DNA of 64,000 nt from positions 2,205,891 to 2,269,890 of the forward strand of contig OZ244901.1 in assembly GCA_965221545.1 (NCBI GenBank), given 5' to 3'. This DNA comes from Paracoccaceae bacterium. GTDB taxonomy: Bacteria; Pseudomonadota; Alphaproteobacteria; Rhodobacterales; Rhodobacteraceae. Shown here in pieces: positions 1 to 9,325 of this stretch (within the stretch, counting starts at the first letter, position 1; each line of letters starts with the position of its first letter). Under the pieces are notes generated by a model. It saw nothing but the letters and a program-made list of their open reading frames with translations. It searched no databases and had not been told where the DNA came from. The position numbers and the translations under genes were made by a program.

Positions 1-747
1 TACAGGCGCGGGTGGTCAAGACGCCGCTCCGGGTCGTGGTCCATCGCCGTTGAGGTGGAAGTGCCTGACGCCAGGCCGTCCGAACCCGTGGGCATCGATC
101 TGGGCGTCAAGGACCGCGCCATTCTCTCGACGGGCGAGACGGTGCCCGCCGTCCGCATCGACCGCCGTCCGCTCAGGCGGGCGCAGCGCGTGGTGTCGCG
201 GGCGAAGAAGGGGTCCGCTTCGCGGCGCAAGAAGGTTAATGTCCTTCGCCGGGAGTGGGAGCGGACGAGGATACGGGAGCGCAACGCGCTCCACAGGATT
301 TCGGCATCGATCGTGAAGAGCCGCAACCGGATCGCCATCGAGGACCTGCAGGTCTCGAACATGATGCGCAATCCGAAACTGGCCCGGTCGATCGCCGAAC
401 AGCAATGGGGGAGACTCGCCGAGCATCTGGTTTACAAGGCTGAAAGCGCCGGTGGGTCAGTGGTGCGGGTCGACCCCAAGCACACGAGCACGGACTGCCA
501 TGCCTGCGGGCACAGGCAGGACATGCCGCTGAGTGCGCGCGAGTTTGCCTGCGGCGGCTGCGGTCTTGTGACGGACCGCGATGTCAACGCGGCACGAAAC
601 ATTCTCCAGCGCGGGATCGCGCTGGCCGGGTGGGACATCGGCTCTTTGGGTCGTCCCGGCGCGTCCGAGAGTGTTCTTGAACCACATGTCGCCGGGTTGC
701 CGGGGCAGGACGCGGAACGGTATGCGGAACGGTATACGGCGGACTGA
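1..747 (+). CDS. tnpB: TnpB-type RNA-guided endonuclease (IS200/IS605- or IS607-family accessory protein), 5' end cut by the window edge
   Basis: Frame 1 is open from nt 1. Motifs seen: VGIDLGVK (RuvC-I Asp), IAIEDLQV (RuvC-II Glu), CHACGH...CGGCG zinc finger, DRDVNAARNI (RuvC-III Asp). No stops or frameshifts over 249 codons. Confidence 0.85.
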   Translation, partial: YRRGWSRRRSGSWSIAVEVEVPDARPSEPVGIDLGVKDRAILSTGETVPAVRIDRRPLRRAQRVVSRAKKGSASRRKKVNVLRREWERTRIRERNALHRISASIVKSRNRIAIEDLQVSNMMRNPKLARSIAEQQWGRLAEHLVYKAESAGGSVVRVDPKHTSTDCHACGHRQDMPLSAREFACGGCGLVTDRDVNAARNILQRGIALAGWDIGSLGRPGASESVLEPHVAGLPGQDAERYAERYTAD

Positions 748-880
748 TGTTTTGTCATGTATATAATTCCCAAAACTTGTCGCGATTCCGTCACATGCCC
801 TTGCGAAACTACTCAACATTCACGGGGCTTGTCATGCGGACACCGCCATATATAGTCGCCCGGAAATCGGGTCGCCCTTG
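1..880 (+). mobile_element. Right-hand part of an IS200/IS605- or IS607-family element. The right boundary is unresolved (somewhere in 750-880).
   Basis: tnpB ends at 747. G+C drops right after the stop. A 12-bp tandem repeat lies at 712-735, a GTTTTG/CAAAAC stem at 749-754/771-776, and the direct repeat TTGTCATG at 752-759 and 829-836. The next gene starts around 910. Confidence 0.4.
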
Positions 881-909
881 GCGGGGATGTGCGCGGCGGC
901 GGAAGACGG

Positions 910-1506
910 ATGAAACGGCAAATGAGTGGAAGTTTCAGAACTAGTTTTGTGCGGGAACCGAAGAGCCTCAGGCATCATCCTGCGTTGGTGTTGAACGCCG
1001 ACTACAGGCCGCTGAGCTACTTTCCGCTGTCGCTTTGGCCTTGGCAGGAAGCGGTCAAGGCCGTGTGGCTGGAGCGGGTGGATGTCCTTGCAAGATATGA
1101 CGAGGTTGTCCGCAGCCCGTCCACGGAAATCCACATTCCGTCCGTGGTCGTCCTGAAGGACTATGTTCACCCGCAGAAGCGGGTGGCCTTTACGCGGTTC
1201 AACCTGTTTCTTCGCGACGAGTTTCGGTGCCAGTACTGCGGTGCCCGGGGCGAATTGACTTTCGACCATGTCATTCCCCGTTCTCGCGGCGGCACGACGA
1301 GCTGGGAGAACGTGGTCGCGGCCTGCGCGAAATGCAACCTTCGCAAGGGAGCGAACTCGCTCGCGCAGGCGGGCATGTCGCTGCGTCGTGCACCCCAGCG
1401 GCCCAATGCGGGCAAGCTCCGGAACCAGGGCAGGAAGTTCCCGCCAAATCACCTCCATGAGACCTGGTTCGATTTCCTGTATTGGGACGCCGAACTGGAG
1501 GCGTGA
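910..1506 (+). CDS. HNH endonuclease family protein
   Basis: Motif CQYCG...FDHVIPRSRGGTTSWENVVAACAKCNLRKG (HNH with a Cys4 zinc site). Start is uncertain (GTG 889, ATG 910 or ATG 922). Confidence 0.75.
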   Translation: MKRQMSGSFRTSFVREPKSLRHHPALVLNADYRPLSYFPLSLWPWQEAVKAVWLERVDVLARYDEVVRSPSTEIHIPSVVVLKDYVHPQKRVAFTRFNLFLRDEFRCQYCGARGELTFDHVIPRSRGGTTSWENVVAACAKCNLRKGANSLAQAGMSLRRAPQRPNAGKLRNQGRKFPPNHLHETWFDFLYWDAELEA

Positions 1507-1667
1507 TCCGGATTTGGCGACCGGGCGACGTCGTATCAGCGCCCTCGCTCGGTCAATTCGCTCATGCACAAGAGACGGCGGCCTGCCGGGATCTTTCCGC
1601 GCCGAATTCGGACCGGTGCGCAATTGCATGACGTAACTGGAGTCCCGAACGCCGCGCGTGCTGTGCG

Positions 1668-2615
1668 CTACCTGTTTTGGAGGTCGTCCAGATGAACCGC
1701 CAGACCTGACAGCGCCGCAAAGTCGTCCTCGACGGCACAGACCGGGAATTGCTCCATGAACCTGGAGAATCGACCCTTGTTGCGAAAGTTCTCCTCAAAT
1801 CCGAAGTCTCGAAGATAAGGAGCGACGGCGCGGGCCACGCCTCCGACAAGATATATCCCGCCGAACGGCAGGTGGATCAGGGTCAGGTCTCCGCAAACCG
1901 ATCCCATGATCCGGACAAATGTCTCAAGGGTCCTTTTGGCGAGGTCGTCACCCACCTTGATGCCTGTAAGGACATCCGCGGCCGACCGGGTTCCGCTTTC
2001 GCCGTGCCTGGACGCGTGCCAGGCATGGATGGTCTCGATTCCTCGACCTGAAAGCGCATCCTCAACCGAGGCAAACCCGCAGGACGCTGCAATGAACTCT
2101 GCAAGCTCCAGGTCATCGGAGTTGCTGGCCGGCAGGAGGACATGGCCGCATTCGGAAGGCGTCACCATCAGTGCCGGGCCGTTCGGGATGGCAAGCGCGG
2201 AATTGAAGCCGGTGCCGATTCCGATCACCAGCCTGCAGGAATCGGCCTTCTCGGGCTTGACCCTGATGACGGGCGAGAGGTGACTGTGCGGAATCGCGTG
2301 AAGTGCGTGAGCCTGCGCCTGCAGGTCGTTGAGCACAGACACGGTTTGCGCGCCGGTGACACTCGCGAGCGCCTCGCGCTCGACCGTCCAGTCCAAATTG
2401 GTTAGCGTGCCGCGTCCGTCATGGACGGGCCCGGCAATCGCGACGGCAACGGCGTCGCACGAAAGGCCAACATCATCTTCGAACCGCAGCAGCAGGGATT
2501 CAAGGCTTTCGAAGTCGGAGTTCCGGAATTTCCGGACGGACTTTTCCAGGAGCGTGCGCCGTTCGGCAAGGGCCACACGCGTATTCGTTCCGCCGACATC
2601 GGCGACGAGCGACAT
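1668..2615 (-). CDS. glk: Glucokinase
   Basis: N-terminus MSLVADVGGTNTRVAL (ROK/glucokinase ATP-binding motif). Length about 315 aa. Adjacent to a sugar-utilisation operon. Confidence 0.85.
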   Translation of the reverse strand: MSLVADVGGTNTRVALAERRTLLEKSVRKFRNSDFESLESLLLRFEDDVGLSCDAVAVAIAGPVHDGRGTLTNLDWTVEREALASVTGAQTVSVLNDLQAQAHALHAIPHSHLSPVIRVKPEKADSCRLVIGIGTGFNSALAIPNGPALMVTPSECGHVLLPASNSDDLELAEFIAASCGFASVEDALSGRGIETIHAWHASRHGESGTRSAADVLTGIKVGDDLAKRTLETFVRIMGSVCGDLTLIHLPFGGIYLVGGVARAVAPYLRDFGFEENFRNKGRFSRFMEQFPVCAVEDDFAALSGLAVHLDDLQNR

Positions 2616-2665
2616 TTTGTCCCCATGGTCCGGCATGTCTAGCAGTCCTGCTTGCCCCGGGGGAT

Positions 2666-3751
2666 CTAAGTCAATGTTTGCGGGCGGCGCAAGGCTCCGG
2701 TCCGGTCACGGTCAAGCAGGTGACGCATTGCCGGCGCCGGGCCGGTCGACTGTCCCAACGTGAGATCCGCCTCAAGAAGAACATGTCGGTGCTCGCCCTG
2801 CGCACCGCGGATCGTGTCGAGAAGGATATCGGCGCAGAGGCGCCCAGCTTCCCGGACCGAGGATCGCGTGGCGGTGAAGATCGGAACGTCTCCCTCGTTC
2901 CTGAAATAGGACAGGTCGTCGTCATGGATCACGACGGACACTTCGTCTCCGAGACCTATGCCTAGATCATGAAGCGCTCTGCGTGCACCCATCGCGGGAA
3001 TGATCGACGATATCAGGATCGCTGTCGGCGGTTCGCGCGAGTCAAGCATCTGCATGGTCGTGGCGAAGCCATAGTTCTCGGTCATTTCGCCACTGAAGAC
3101 CAGTGCCGGATCCCGGGCTATGCCGCCTGCCGCAAGCGCGTCACCGTAGCCGTTCAGCCTGCGGGTGGCAAAGTCCATTCCGTCGAGGCCGTTGATCAGG
3201 CCGATCCTGCGGTGCCCGAGGTCGAGCAGGAATTCCGTCGCGCGCGAGAACGCGCGTCGGTTGTTGACATCGACCCAGTTGTATTGGTCGCGTATCCTGC
3301 TTGACCGCCCGTGCACGACGAAGGGCAGGCCGAGTTCGCGAAGCAGGCGGATGCGGGGGTCTTCGACCTTGGGACCATGGATCACGACACCATCGACCAC
3401 GCCACGCGTGGCGAGATCACGGTATGCTTCCGCCTCGTCTTCGTCCCGCACGACGGAGAGCGACAGGTCGTAGCCAGACTTGGAATACTGTTCGCCCGCG
3501 CCCGCGATAAAATCCGAGAAGATCGGGTTCACCATTTCATGCTCCTTCGACAGGGGCAGCATGTGGCCGATCGTCATGGCACGCCCCGTAGCCAGGCGCG
3601 CCGCTCGGGAATTCGGGGTGTAGCCGAGCCGTTCCGCGGACTCCAGGACCTTCCGCCGGGTTCTCTCGCTGACTTCGGGATACCCGTTGAGCGCACGGCT
3701 GACGGTCGTGGGGGAAAGCCCGATGCGGTGTGAGAATTCCTTCAGGTTCAT
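2666..3751 (-). CDS. LacI-family transcriptional regulator (AglR-like), divergent from the alpha-glucoside operon
   Basis: N-terminal HTH MNLKEFSHRIGLSPTTVSRALNGYPEVSERTRRKVLESAERLGYTPNSRAARL, followed by a periplasmic-binding-protein-like sugar-binding core. Confidence 0.85.
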   Translation of the reverse strand: MNLKEFSHRIGLSPTTVSRALNGYPEVSERTRRKVLESAERLGYTPNSRAARLATGRAMTIGHMLPLSKEHEMVNPIFSDFIAGAGEQYSKSGYDLSLSVVRDEDEAEAYRDLATRGVVDGVVIHGPKVEDPRIRLLRELGLPFVVHGRSSRIRDQYNWVDVNNRRAFSRATEFLLDLGHRRIGLINGLDGMDFATRRLNGYGDALAAGGIARDPALVFSGEMTENYGFATTMQMLDSREPPTAILISSIIPAMGARRALHDLGIGLGDEVSVVIHDDDLSYFRNEGDVPIFTATRSSVREAGRLCADILLDTIRGAQGEHRHVLLEADLTLGQSTGPAPAMRHLLDRDRTGALRRPQTLT

Positions 3752-3753
3752 TG

Positions 3754-3769
3754 TTCAAAGCGTTTTCAA
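3754..3769. promoter_or_regulatory. Imperfect LacI-type operator candidate (TTCAAAGCGTTTTCAA)
   Basis: Pseudo-palindrome around a central CG, right next to the regulator start codon. Half-sites match 6 of 8. Confidence 0.3.
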
Positions 3770-3868
3770 GTTTACGAGAGCATACGAGACGGCAGCTAAT
3801 TGTCAAAGATAAAGATTTGTCAAGATTCACGTTGACATGCGAAGAATGTTCGGGGATGTTGCATTATC

Positions 3869-3880
3869 CAAAGCGCTTTG
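3869..3880. promoter_or_regulatory. LacI-type operator candidate (perfect palindrome CAAAGCGCTTTG)
   Basis: Perfect 12-bp palindrome with a central CG, 60 bp upstream of the aglE ATG, in the divergent regulator/operon spacer. Confidence 0.5.
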
Positions 3881-3939
3881 AGAAACTCATCGCGACAACC
3901 ATCGAATGGGCCTTCGGGTTCGGATATAGGGAGAGCTTC

Positions 3940-5208
3940 ATGAACAGATCACTACTTGCCAGCGCGGCCGTGACGGCACTGGCCACGGGCAGCGCAGGTG
4001 CCGAACAGCTGACCGTCTTTGGTCCTTGGCTTGGCCCGGACCAGGAAAATGTCGAGGCGGTGTTGGGGGACTTTGCCGCGAAATCCGGCCACGACGTGAG
4101 CTATGTCGGTTCCGACAGTTTCGAGCAGCAGATTCTCGTTGACGCGGAGGCGGGCTCGGCGCCAAACATTGCGGTCTTCCCGCAACCGGGACTCGCCGCA
4201 GACATGGCGAGCCGCGGATTCCTGACGCCTCTCGACAGCGGCGTAGGCGACTGGGTTCGGGAGAACTACGCCGCAGGGCAGTCCTGGGTCGACCTCGGCA
4301 CGTATGCCGACGAGAACGGCAACGACCAGCTCTTCGGCTTCTTCTACAAGGTCGATGTGAAATCGCTCGTCTGGTACGTCCCCGAGAACTTCGAGGATGC
4401 TGGCTACGAAGTTCCGGAGACCATGGAGGAGTTGAAGGCGCTGTCCGACATGATCGTCGCCGACGGGGAAACGCCCTGGTGCATCGGTCTCGGCTCGGGT
4501 GGCGCGACGGGTTGGCCTGCAACGGACTGGGTCGAGGACATGATGCTGCGCACGCAGCCTCCTTCTGTCTACGACCAGTGGGTCACGAACGAGATTTCCT
4601 TCACCGACGATGCCGTCGTGGGGGCGATCGAGGAGTTTGGCGCCTTTTCCCGCAACGACGACTATGTCGCGGGAGGCGCCGCTGCCGTCGCTTCGACCGA
4701 TTTCCGCGACAGCCCCAAGGGAATGTTTGACAGCCCGCCCCAGTGCTACATGCATCGCCAGGCCTCGTTCATTCCGGCCTTCTTCCCGGAAGGTGCCGTG
4801 GTCGGCGAGGACGTCGATTTCTTCTACTTTCCGGCCTACGCGGGCAGGGATCTCGGCAAGCCGGTTCTGGGTGCCGGAACGGTCTGGGCGATCTCGAACG
4901 AAAACCAGGCCGCGCATGACCTGATCGAGTATCTCAAGGATCCGGCCGCGCACGAAATCTGGATGGCGCGCAAGGGCTTCCTCACGCCGCATAAAGGCGT
5001 GAACCCGGACGCGTTCGGTGATGCGACGCTCAGGAAGATGAACGAGATCCTCCTGAACGCCACCACCTTCCGGTTCGACGGCTCCGACCTGATGCCAGGT
5101 GGCGTCGGCGCGGGCTCGTTCTGGACCGGGATGGTCGACTATTCGGGAGGCAAGAGCGCCGCCGAAGTCGCCCAGGAAATCCAGAACAGCTGGGACGCGT
5201 TGAAGTAG
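3940..5208 (+). CDS. aglE: ABC transporter periplasmic sugar-binding protein (alpha-glucoside type)
   Basis: Signal peptide MNRSLLASAAVTALATGSAGA after RBS GGGAGA. First gene of a binding protein, two permeases, a GH13 glucosidase and an ATPase, matching the aglEFGAK order known from Sinorhizobium. Confidence 0.8.
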   Translation: MNRSLLASAAVTALATGSAGAEQLTVFGPWLGPDQENVEAVLGDFAAKSGHDVSYVGSDSFEQQILVDAEAGSAPNIAVFPQPGLAADMASRGFLTPLDSGVGDWVRENYAAGQSWVDLGTYADENGNDQLFGFFYKVDVKSLVWYVPENFEDAGYEVPETMEELKALSDMIVADGETPWCIGLGSGGATGWPATDWVEDMMLRTQPPSVYDQWVTNEISFTDDAVVGAIEEFGAFSRNDDYVAGGAAAVASTDFRDSPKGMFDSPPQCYMHRQASFIPAFFPEGAVVGEDVDFFYFPAYAGRDLGKPVLGAGTVWAISNENQAAHDLIEYLKDPAAHEIWMARKGFLTPHKGVNPDAFGDATLRKMNEILLNATTFRFDGSDLMPGGVGAGSFWTGMVDYSGGKSAAEVAQEIQNSWDALK

Positions 5209-5278
5209 TCATGCAAGGACGGGGCCCGGTCTTCGGGCCCCGTCAATTTCATTCGGCCTGACGCGGGGAGGGCGCCCC

Positions 5279-6505
5279 ATGCATCCTGCATTGCTCGGAC
5301 TTGTGACGATCATCATCGGCGTCAGCGCCTGCATCGGGTATTTCTATCTTTCGAACCTGTTTCTGGACAAGGTGCTCTTTCCGGGAAAGGGACCGAACGC
5401 GGGGCGGAACATCAACCGCGCCAACCACGTGCGGCCATGGCTGTTCCTTGCGCCGGCCGTCTTTGCGCTTGGCCTCTACCTTGGATATCCGGTGATCGAG
5501 ACATTGCGCCTTTCGCTCACCGACCGAAGCCAGGATGGGGCCTTCGTGGGCTTTGCCAACTATCAGCAAATGCTGGCCGAGCCGAAGTTCTGGGAGGCCA
5601 TGCGAAACAACCTGCTCTGGCTGATCGTGGTGCCTGCCGCTTCTACTGCATTTGGTCTGCTGGCCGCGCAGCTCACGGACCGAATCGCCTGGGGCAACCT
5701 GGCCAAGTCGCTCGTCTTCATGCCGATGGCCATTTCGTTTGTCGGCGCGTCGGTCATCTTCAAGCTGATCTACGACACGCGTCCTGAGGACAAGGCGCAG
5801 ATCGGCCTCCTGAATGCGATCTGGGTGCAGTTCGAGGGAGGAGCCATGTCGGTGCTCTTTCTGCAGGTGCTGCCGATCGTGATCATTTTCCTCTTCGCGG
5901 CCCTGGTCGCCTATGCAGGCTACATCATCTTCCGGCCCGCGCTTTCGGGCGGAAGCGGAAACTTGGTCCTGGCTGCGCGCGTTGCATCTGCCGCATTGGC
6001 ACTGTACTTGATCTGGCTCTCGCTTGAGTCGATTCTCGGCATTGCCACAGCCGAACTTCCCTATGGCGAGCCGAAGGCCTGGCTCACTGTTCCCTTCTTC
6101 AACAACTTTTTCCTTATGGTCGTGCTGATATGGATCCAAACGGGATTCGCCATGGTGATCCTTTCGGCCGCCCTGCGCGGAATCCCGGAGGAAACCATTG
6201 AGGCGGCCATCATCGATGGCGCGAATCCCGTGCAGATCTTCTTCAAGATCAAGGTGCCGCAGATCATACCGACGATCACGGTCGTCTGGACGACGATCAC
6301 GCTCGTTGTCCTCAAGGTGTTCGACATCGTGTTCGCCATGACGAACGGACAATGGCAGACGCAGGTGCTGGCGAACTACATGTTCGACAAGCTGTTCCGA
6401 GCCAATGACTGGGGCGTGGGATCAGCTTCGGCGATTGTCATCATGATCCTCGTCTCGCCGATCCTTGCCTGGAACGTCTGGAACGCCCGAAAGGAGATGA
6501 GCTGA
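5279..6505 (+). CDS. aglF: ABC sugar transporter permease
   Basis: Multi-TM protein with an MalF/BPD-type permease signature region (AALRGIPEETIEAAIIDGANPVQIFFKIKVP). Confidence 0.8.
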   Translation: MHPALLGLVTIIIGVSACIGYFYLSNLFLDKVLFPGKGPNAGRNINRANHVRPWLFLAPAVFALGLYLGYPVIETLRLSLTDRSQDGAFVGFANYQQMLAEPKFWEAMRNNLLWLIVVPAASTAFGLLAAQLTDRIAWGNLAKSLVFMPMAISFVGASVIFKLIYDTRPEDKAQIGLLNAIWVQFEGGAMSVLFLQVLPIVIIFLFAALVAYAGYIIFRPALSGGSGNLVLAARVASAALALYLIWLSLESILGIATAELPYGEPKAWLTVPFFNNFFLMVVLIWIQTGFAMVILSAALRGIPEETIEAAIIDGANPVQIFFKIKVPQIIPTITVVWTTITLVVLKVFDIVFAMTNGQWQTQVLANYMFDKLFRANDWGVGSASAIVIMILVSPILAWNVWNARKEMS

Positions 6506-7653
6506 TGCAATCCATTGCCGGAAGCAAGTCGTCGCTCACCTGGGCAGTTCACATTTCGGTCGTCGTCATGGTCGTGCTCTGGCTGATTCCGACCGTCGGG
6601 CTCTTTGTTTCGTCCTTCCGCACGGCGGACCAGATCTCGACATCCGGCTGGTGGGCCTCTCTCTTCCCAGCGGAGCAGAACGTGGTTGCCCGGGCGGCGG
6701 ACCCCGACGAGAACCGGGTTGCGGACGGGCGCATGTTCATCGTCTCGGGGAACCTCTTTGACGGAGAGGACAAGACGATCAGCGTCTGGGGCACCTCGTC
6801 GCGCGCCATCGACATCTACGTTGCGGGCGACACCGCCGATCTGGGCGACGGAGAAACGATCACGGTTCAAGCCAATGGCGACTACGAGTGGCGCGGCAAC
6901 GACGAGCAGATTGCAGGGCGCGGGCAAAGGGTCTTTGCGACCGTCACCGCGCCGCCGGAATTCACGCTTGCGAACTATGACAAGATGCTTTTCGACGAAG
7001 GCAACGTCGATGGCATGGCCAAGGCATTCTTCAACACGCTGACCGTCACGATCCCCGCCACGATCATACCCATAGTGATAGCGGCCTTCGCTGCATATGC
7101 ACTTGCCTGGATGGACTTCCCGGGGCGCGCCTTGCTGATTGCATGCGTCGTGGGGCTGCTGGTCGTGCCGCTGCAGCTTGCGCTGATTCCGCTGCTCAAG
7201 CTGCATCTCGGAATTGGAATCGGAAAGGGCTATCTCGGTATCTGGCTTGCCCATACCGGTTTCGGCCTTCCGCTCGCGATCTATCTCTTGCGGAACTACA
7301 TGGTCGGCCTGCCGCGCGACATCATCGAGAATGCCAAGGTAGACAGCGCCACGGACTTCCAGATCTTCGTCAAGATCATCCTTCCCCTCTCGTTTCCCGC
7401 ATTGGCGTCTTTCGCGATCTTCCAGTTCCTCTGGACCTGGAACGACCTGCTGGTCGCGAAGGTCTTCCTGATCGACGCAACCGGCCAAACCACGGTGATG
7501 ACCAACCAGATCACCGATCTTCTCGGAACGCGAGGCGGCAACTGGGAAATCCTCGCCACAGCCGCCTTCATCTCGATCGCCGTGCCGCTTGCCGTCTTTT
7601 TCGCGATGCAGCGCTACCTCGTTCGCGGCATCCTGGCCGGTTCGGTGAAATAG
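6505..7653 (+). CDS. aglG: ABC sugar transporter permease
   Basis: MalG-like permease (ENAKVDSATDFQIFVKIILPLSFPAL). Its start overlaps the aglF stop (TGATG). Confidence 0.8.
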   Translation: MQSIAGSKSSLTWAVHISVVVMVVLWLIPTVGLFVSSFRTADQISTSGWWASLFPAEQNVVARAADPDENRVADGRMFIVSGNLFDGEDKTISVWGTSSRAIDIYVAGDTADLGDGETITVQANGDYEWRGNDEQIAGRGQRVFATVTAPPEFTLANYDKMLFDEGNVDGMAKAFFNTLTVTIPATIIPIVIAAFAAYALAWMDFPGRALLIACVVGLLVVPLQLALIPLLKLHLGIGIGKGYLGIWLAHTGFGLPLAIYLLRNYMVGLPRDIIENAKVDSATDFQIFVKIILPLSFPALASFAIFQFLWTWNDLLVAKVFLIDATGQTTVMTNQITDLLGTRGGNWEILATAAFISIAVPLAVFFAMQRYLVRGILAGSVK

Positions 7654-7663
7654 GACGTCGCCC

Positions 7664-9313
7664 ATGAGCCTCGCCGAAGCAATTCCCGACGAGACACCTG
7701 GCATTCTCGCCTCCAACCCGGACTGGTGGCGTGGCGCAGTGATCTATCAGGTCTATCCCCGGTCGTTTCAGGACACGAACGGGGATGGCATCGGAGACCT
7801 GCGGGGCGTCATCGAGAGGCTGCCCTACATCGCCTCGATCGGCGTGGATGCGATTTGGCTCTCGCCGTTCTTCACGTCGCCGATGCTGGATTACGGCTAC
7901 GATGTCTCGGACTATCGGGACGTTGACCCGATGTTCGGCACGCTGAACGACTTCGATGCCTTGATCGAAGGGGCTCATCAGCTCGGATTGCGGGTCATGA
8001 TAGATCTCGTGCTGAGCCACACCTCCAGCGAGCATCCTTGGTTCCAGGAAAGCAGGGCTGACCGCACCAATGCCAAGGCCGACTGGTATGTTTGGGCGGA
8101 CCCGAAGCCGGATGGAGCGCCGCCGAACAACTGGCTGTCCGTCTTCGGTGGACCGGCATGGCAATGGGACGGCGAGCGCATGCAGTACTACATGCATAAC
8201 TTCCTGCGCGAGCAGCCAGACCTGAACTTTCACAACATGGATGTGCAGGACGCGCTTCTCGACGTGGCACGCTTCTGGCTGCAGCGCGGCGTGGACGGGT
8301 TCCGTCTGGATACGGTGAACTTCTACGTACATGACGCAGAACTCAGGGACAATCCGCCGCTCTCGAACGTGGAGGTCACGGGAATGACCGCGCCGTCCGT
8401 CAATCCCTACAGCTTCCAGAGCCACATCAATGACAAGTCCCGGCCCGAGAGCATCGAGTTCCTGAAGCGCCTTCGCACCCTAATGGACGAATTCCAGGAC
8501 ATCACGTCCGTCGGCGAAGTGGGTGACGATCAGCGCGGGCTGGAGATACAGGCCGAGTACACGCAGGGACGGGACAGACTGCACATGTGCTACGGTTTCG
8601 ATTTTCTCTCAGGCTGCTACCCAACGGGTGCCCGTATCGCCGAGGTGCTGGAGCGCTTTCAGCGCATAGCAAGAGACAGTTGGGCCTGCTGGGCGTTTTC
8701 GAACCATGACGTGGTTCGCCATACAACGCGCTGGTCGCTTTCGCCGGAAGCGCATCGGACATATCTGGCGGTGCTGCTGTCAATGCGAGGATCGGTCTGT
8801 CTTTATCAGGGCGAGGAACTGGGCTTGAACGAAGCCGACGTTGCCTTCGAAGATCTCCACGATCCATATGGCATTCGCTTTTGGCCTGCCTTCAAGGGGC
8901 GTGACGGTTGCCGAACGCCGATGGTCTGGCATGCGAATCGTCAACACGGCGGCTTCAGCGAAGCCAAGCCTTGGCTGCCCGTTGCGGAGGAACATACGTT
9001 ACGGGCAGTTGATGCGCAGGAGCGCGATCCGGACTCGATGCTGAACTTCTATCGCCGGATGATTGCCTATCGCGCCTCGCGCCCGGAACTCGTCAAGGGC
9101 ACATTCGATGTTGTCGAGGCGGACGAGGGTTTCCTCTCTGCGATCCGGACCTGCGGCGAGCAGCGTCTCTTCACTGCATTCAACCTATCGGGGCAGGTGC
9201 GCGAAGTGGTCCTTCCCGCCGGCGCATGGACAACGGATCACGAGGCACCATTTGACGCCGGTGACGGCACCATCCTGCCGCCATGGCAGGCAACTTTCAA
9301 GGAAGCGAGCTGA
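7664..9313 (+). CDS. aglA: Alpha-glucosidase, glycoside hydrolase family 13
   Basis: GH13 motifs WWRGAVIYQVYPRSF, GVDAIWLSPFF, DLVLSHTS, GFRLDTVNF, EVGDD, FSNHD. Confidence 0.88.
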   Translation: MSLAEAIPDETPGILASNPDWWRGAVIYQVYPRSFQDTNGDGIGDLRGVIERLPYIASIGVDAIWLSPFFTSPMLDYGYDVSDYRDVDPMFGTLNDFDALIEGAHQLGLRVMIDLVLSHTSSEHPWFQESRADRTNAKADWYVWADPKPDGAPPNNWLSVFGGPAWQWDGERMQYYMHNFLREQPDLNFHNMDVQDALLDVARFWLQRGVDGFRLDTVNFYVHDAELRDNPPLSNVEVTGMTAPSVNPYSFQSHINDKSRPESIEFLKRLRTLMDEFQDITSVGEVGDDQRGLEIQAEYTQGRDRLHMCYGFDFLSGCYPTGARIAEVLERFQRIARDSWACWAFSNHDVVRHTTRWSLSPEAHRTYLAVLLSMRGSVCLYQGEELGLNEADVAFEDLHDPYGIRFWPAFKGRDGCRTPMVWHANRQHGGFSEAKPWLPVAEEHTLRAVDAQERDPDSMLNFYRRMIAYRASRPELVKGTFDVVEADEGFLSAIRTCGEQRLFTAFNLSGQVREVVLPAGAWTTDHEAPFDAGDGTILPPWQATFKEAS

Positions 9314-9325
9314 GGGAGTAACGGC

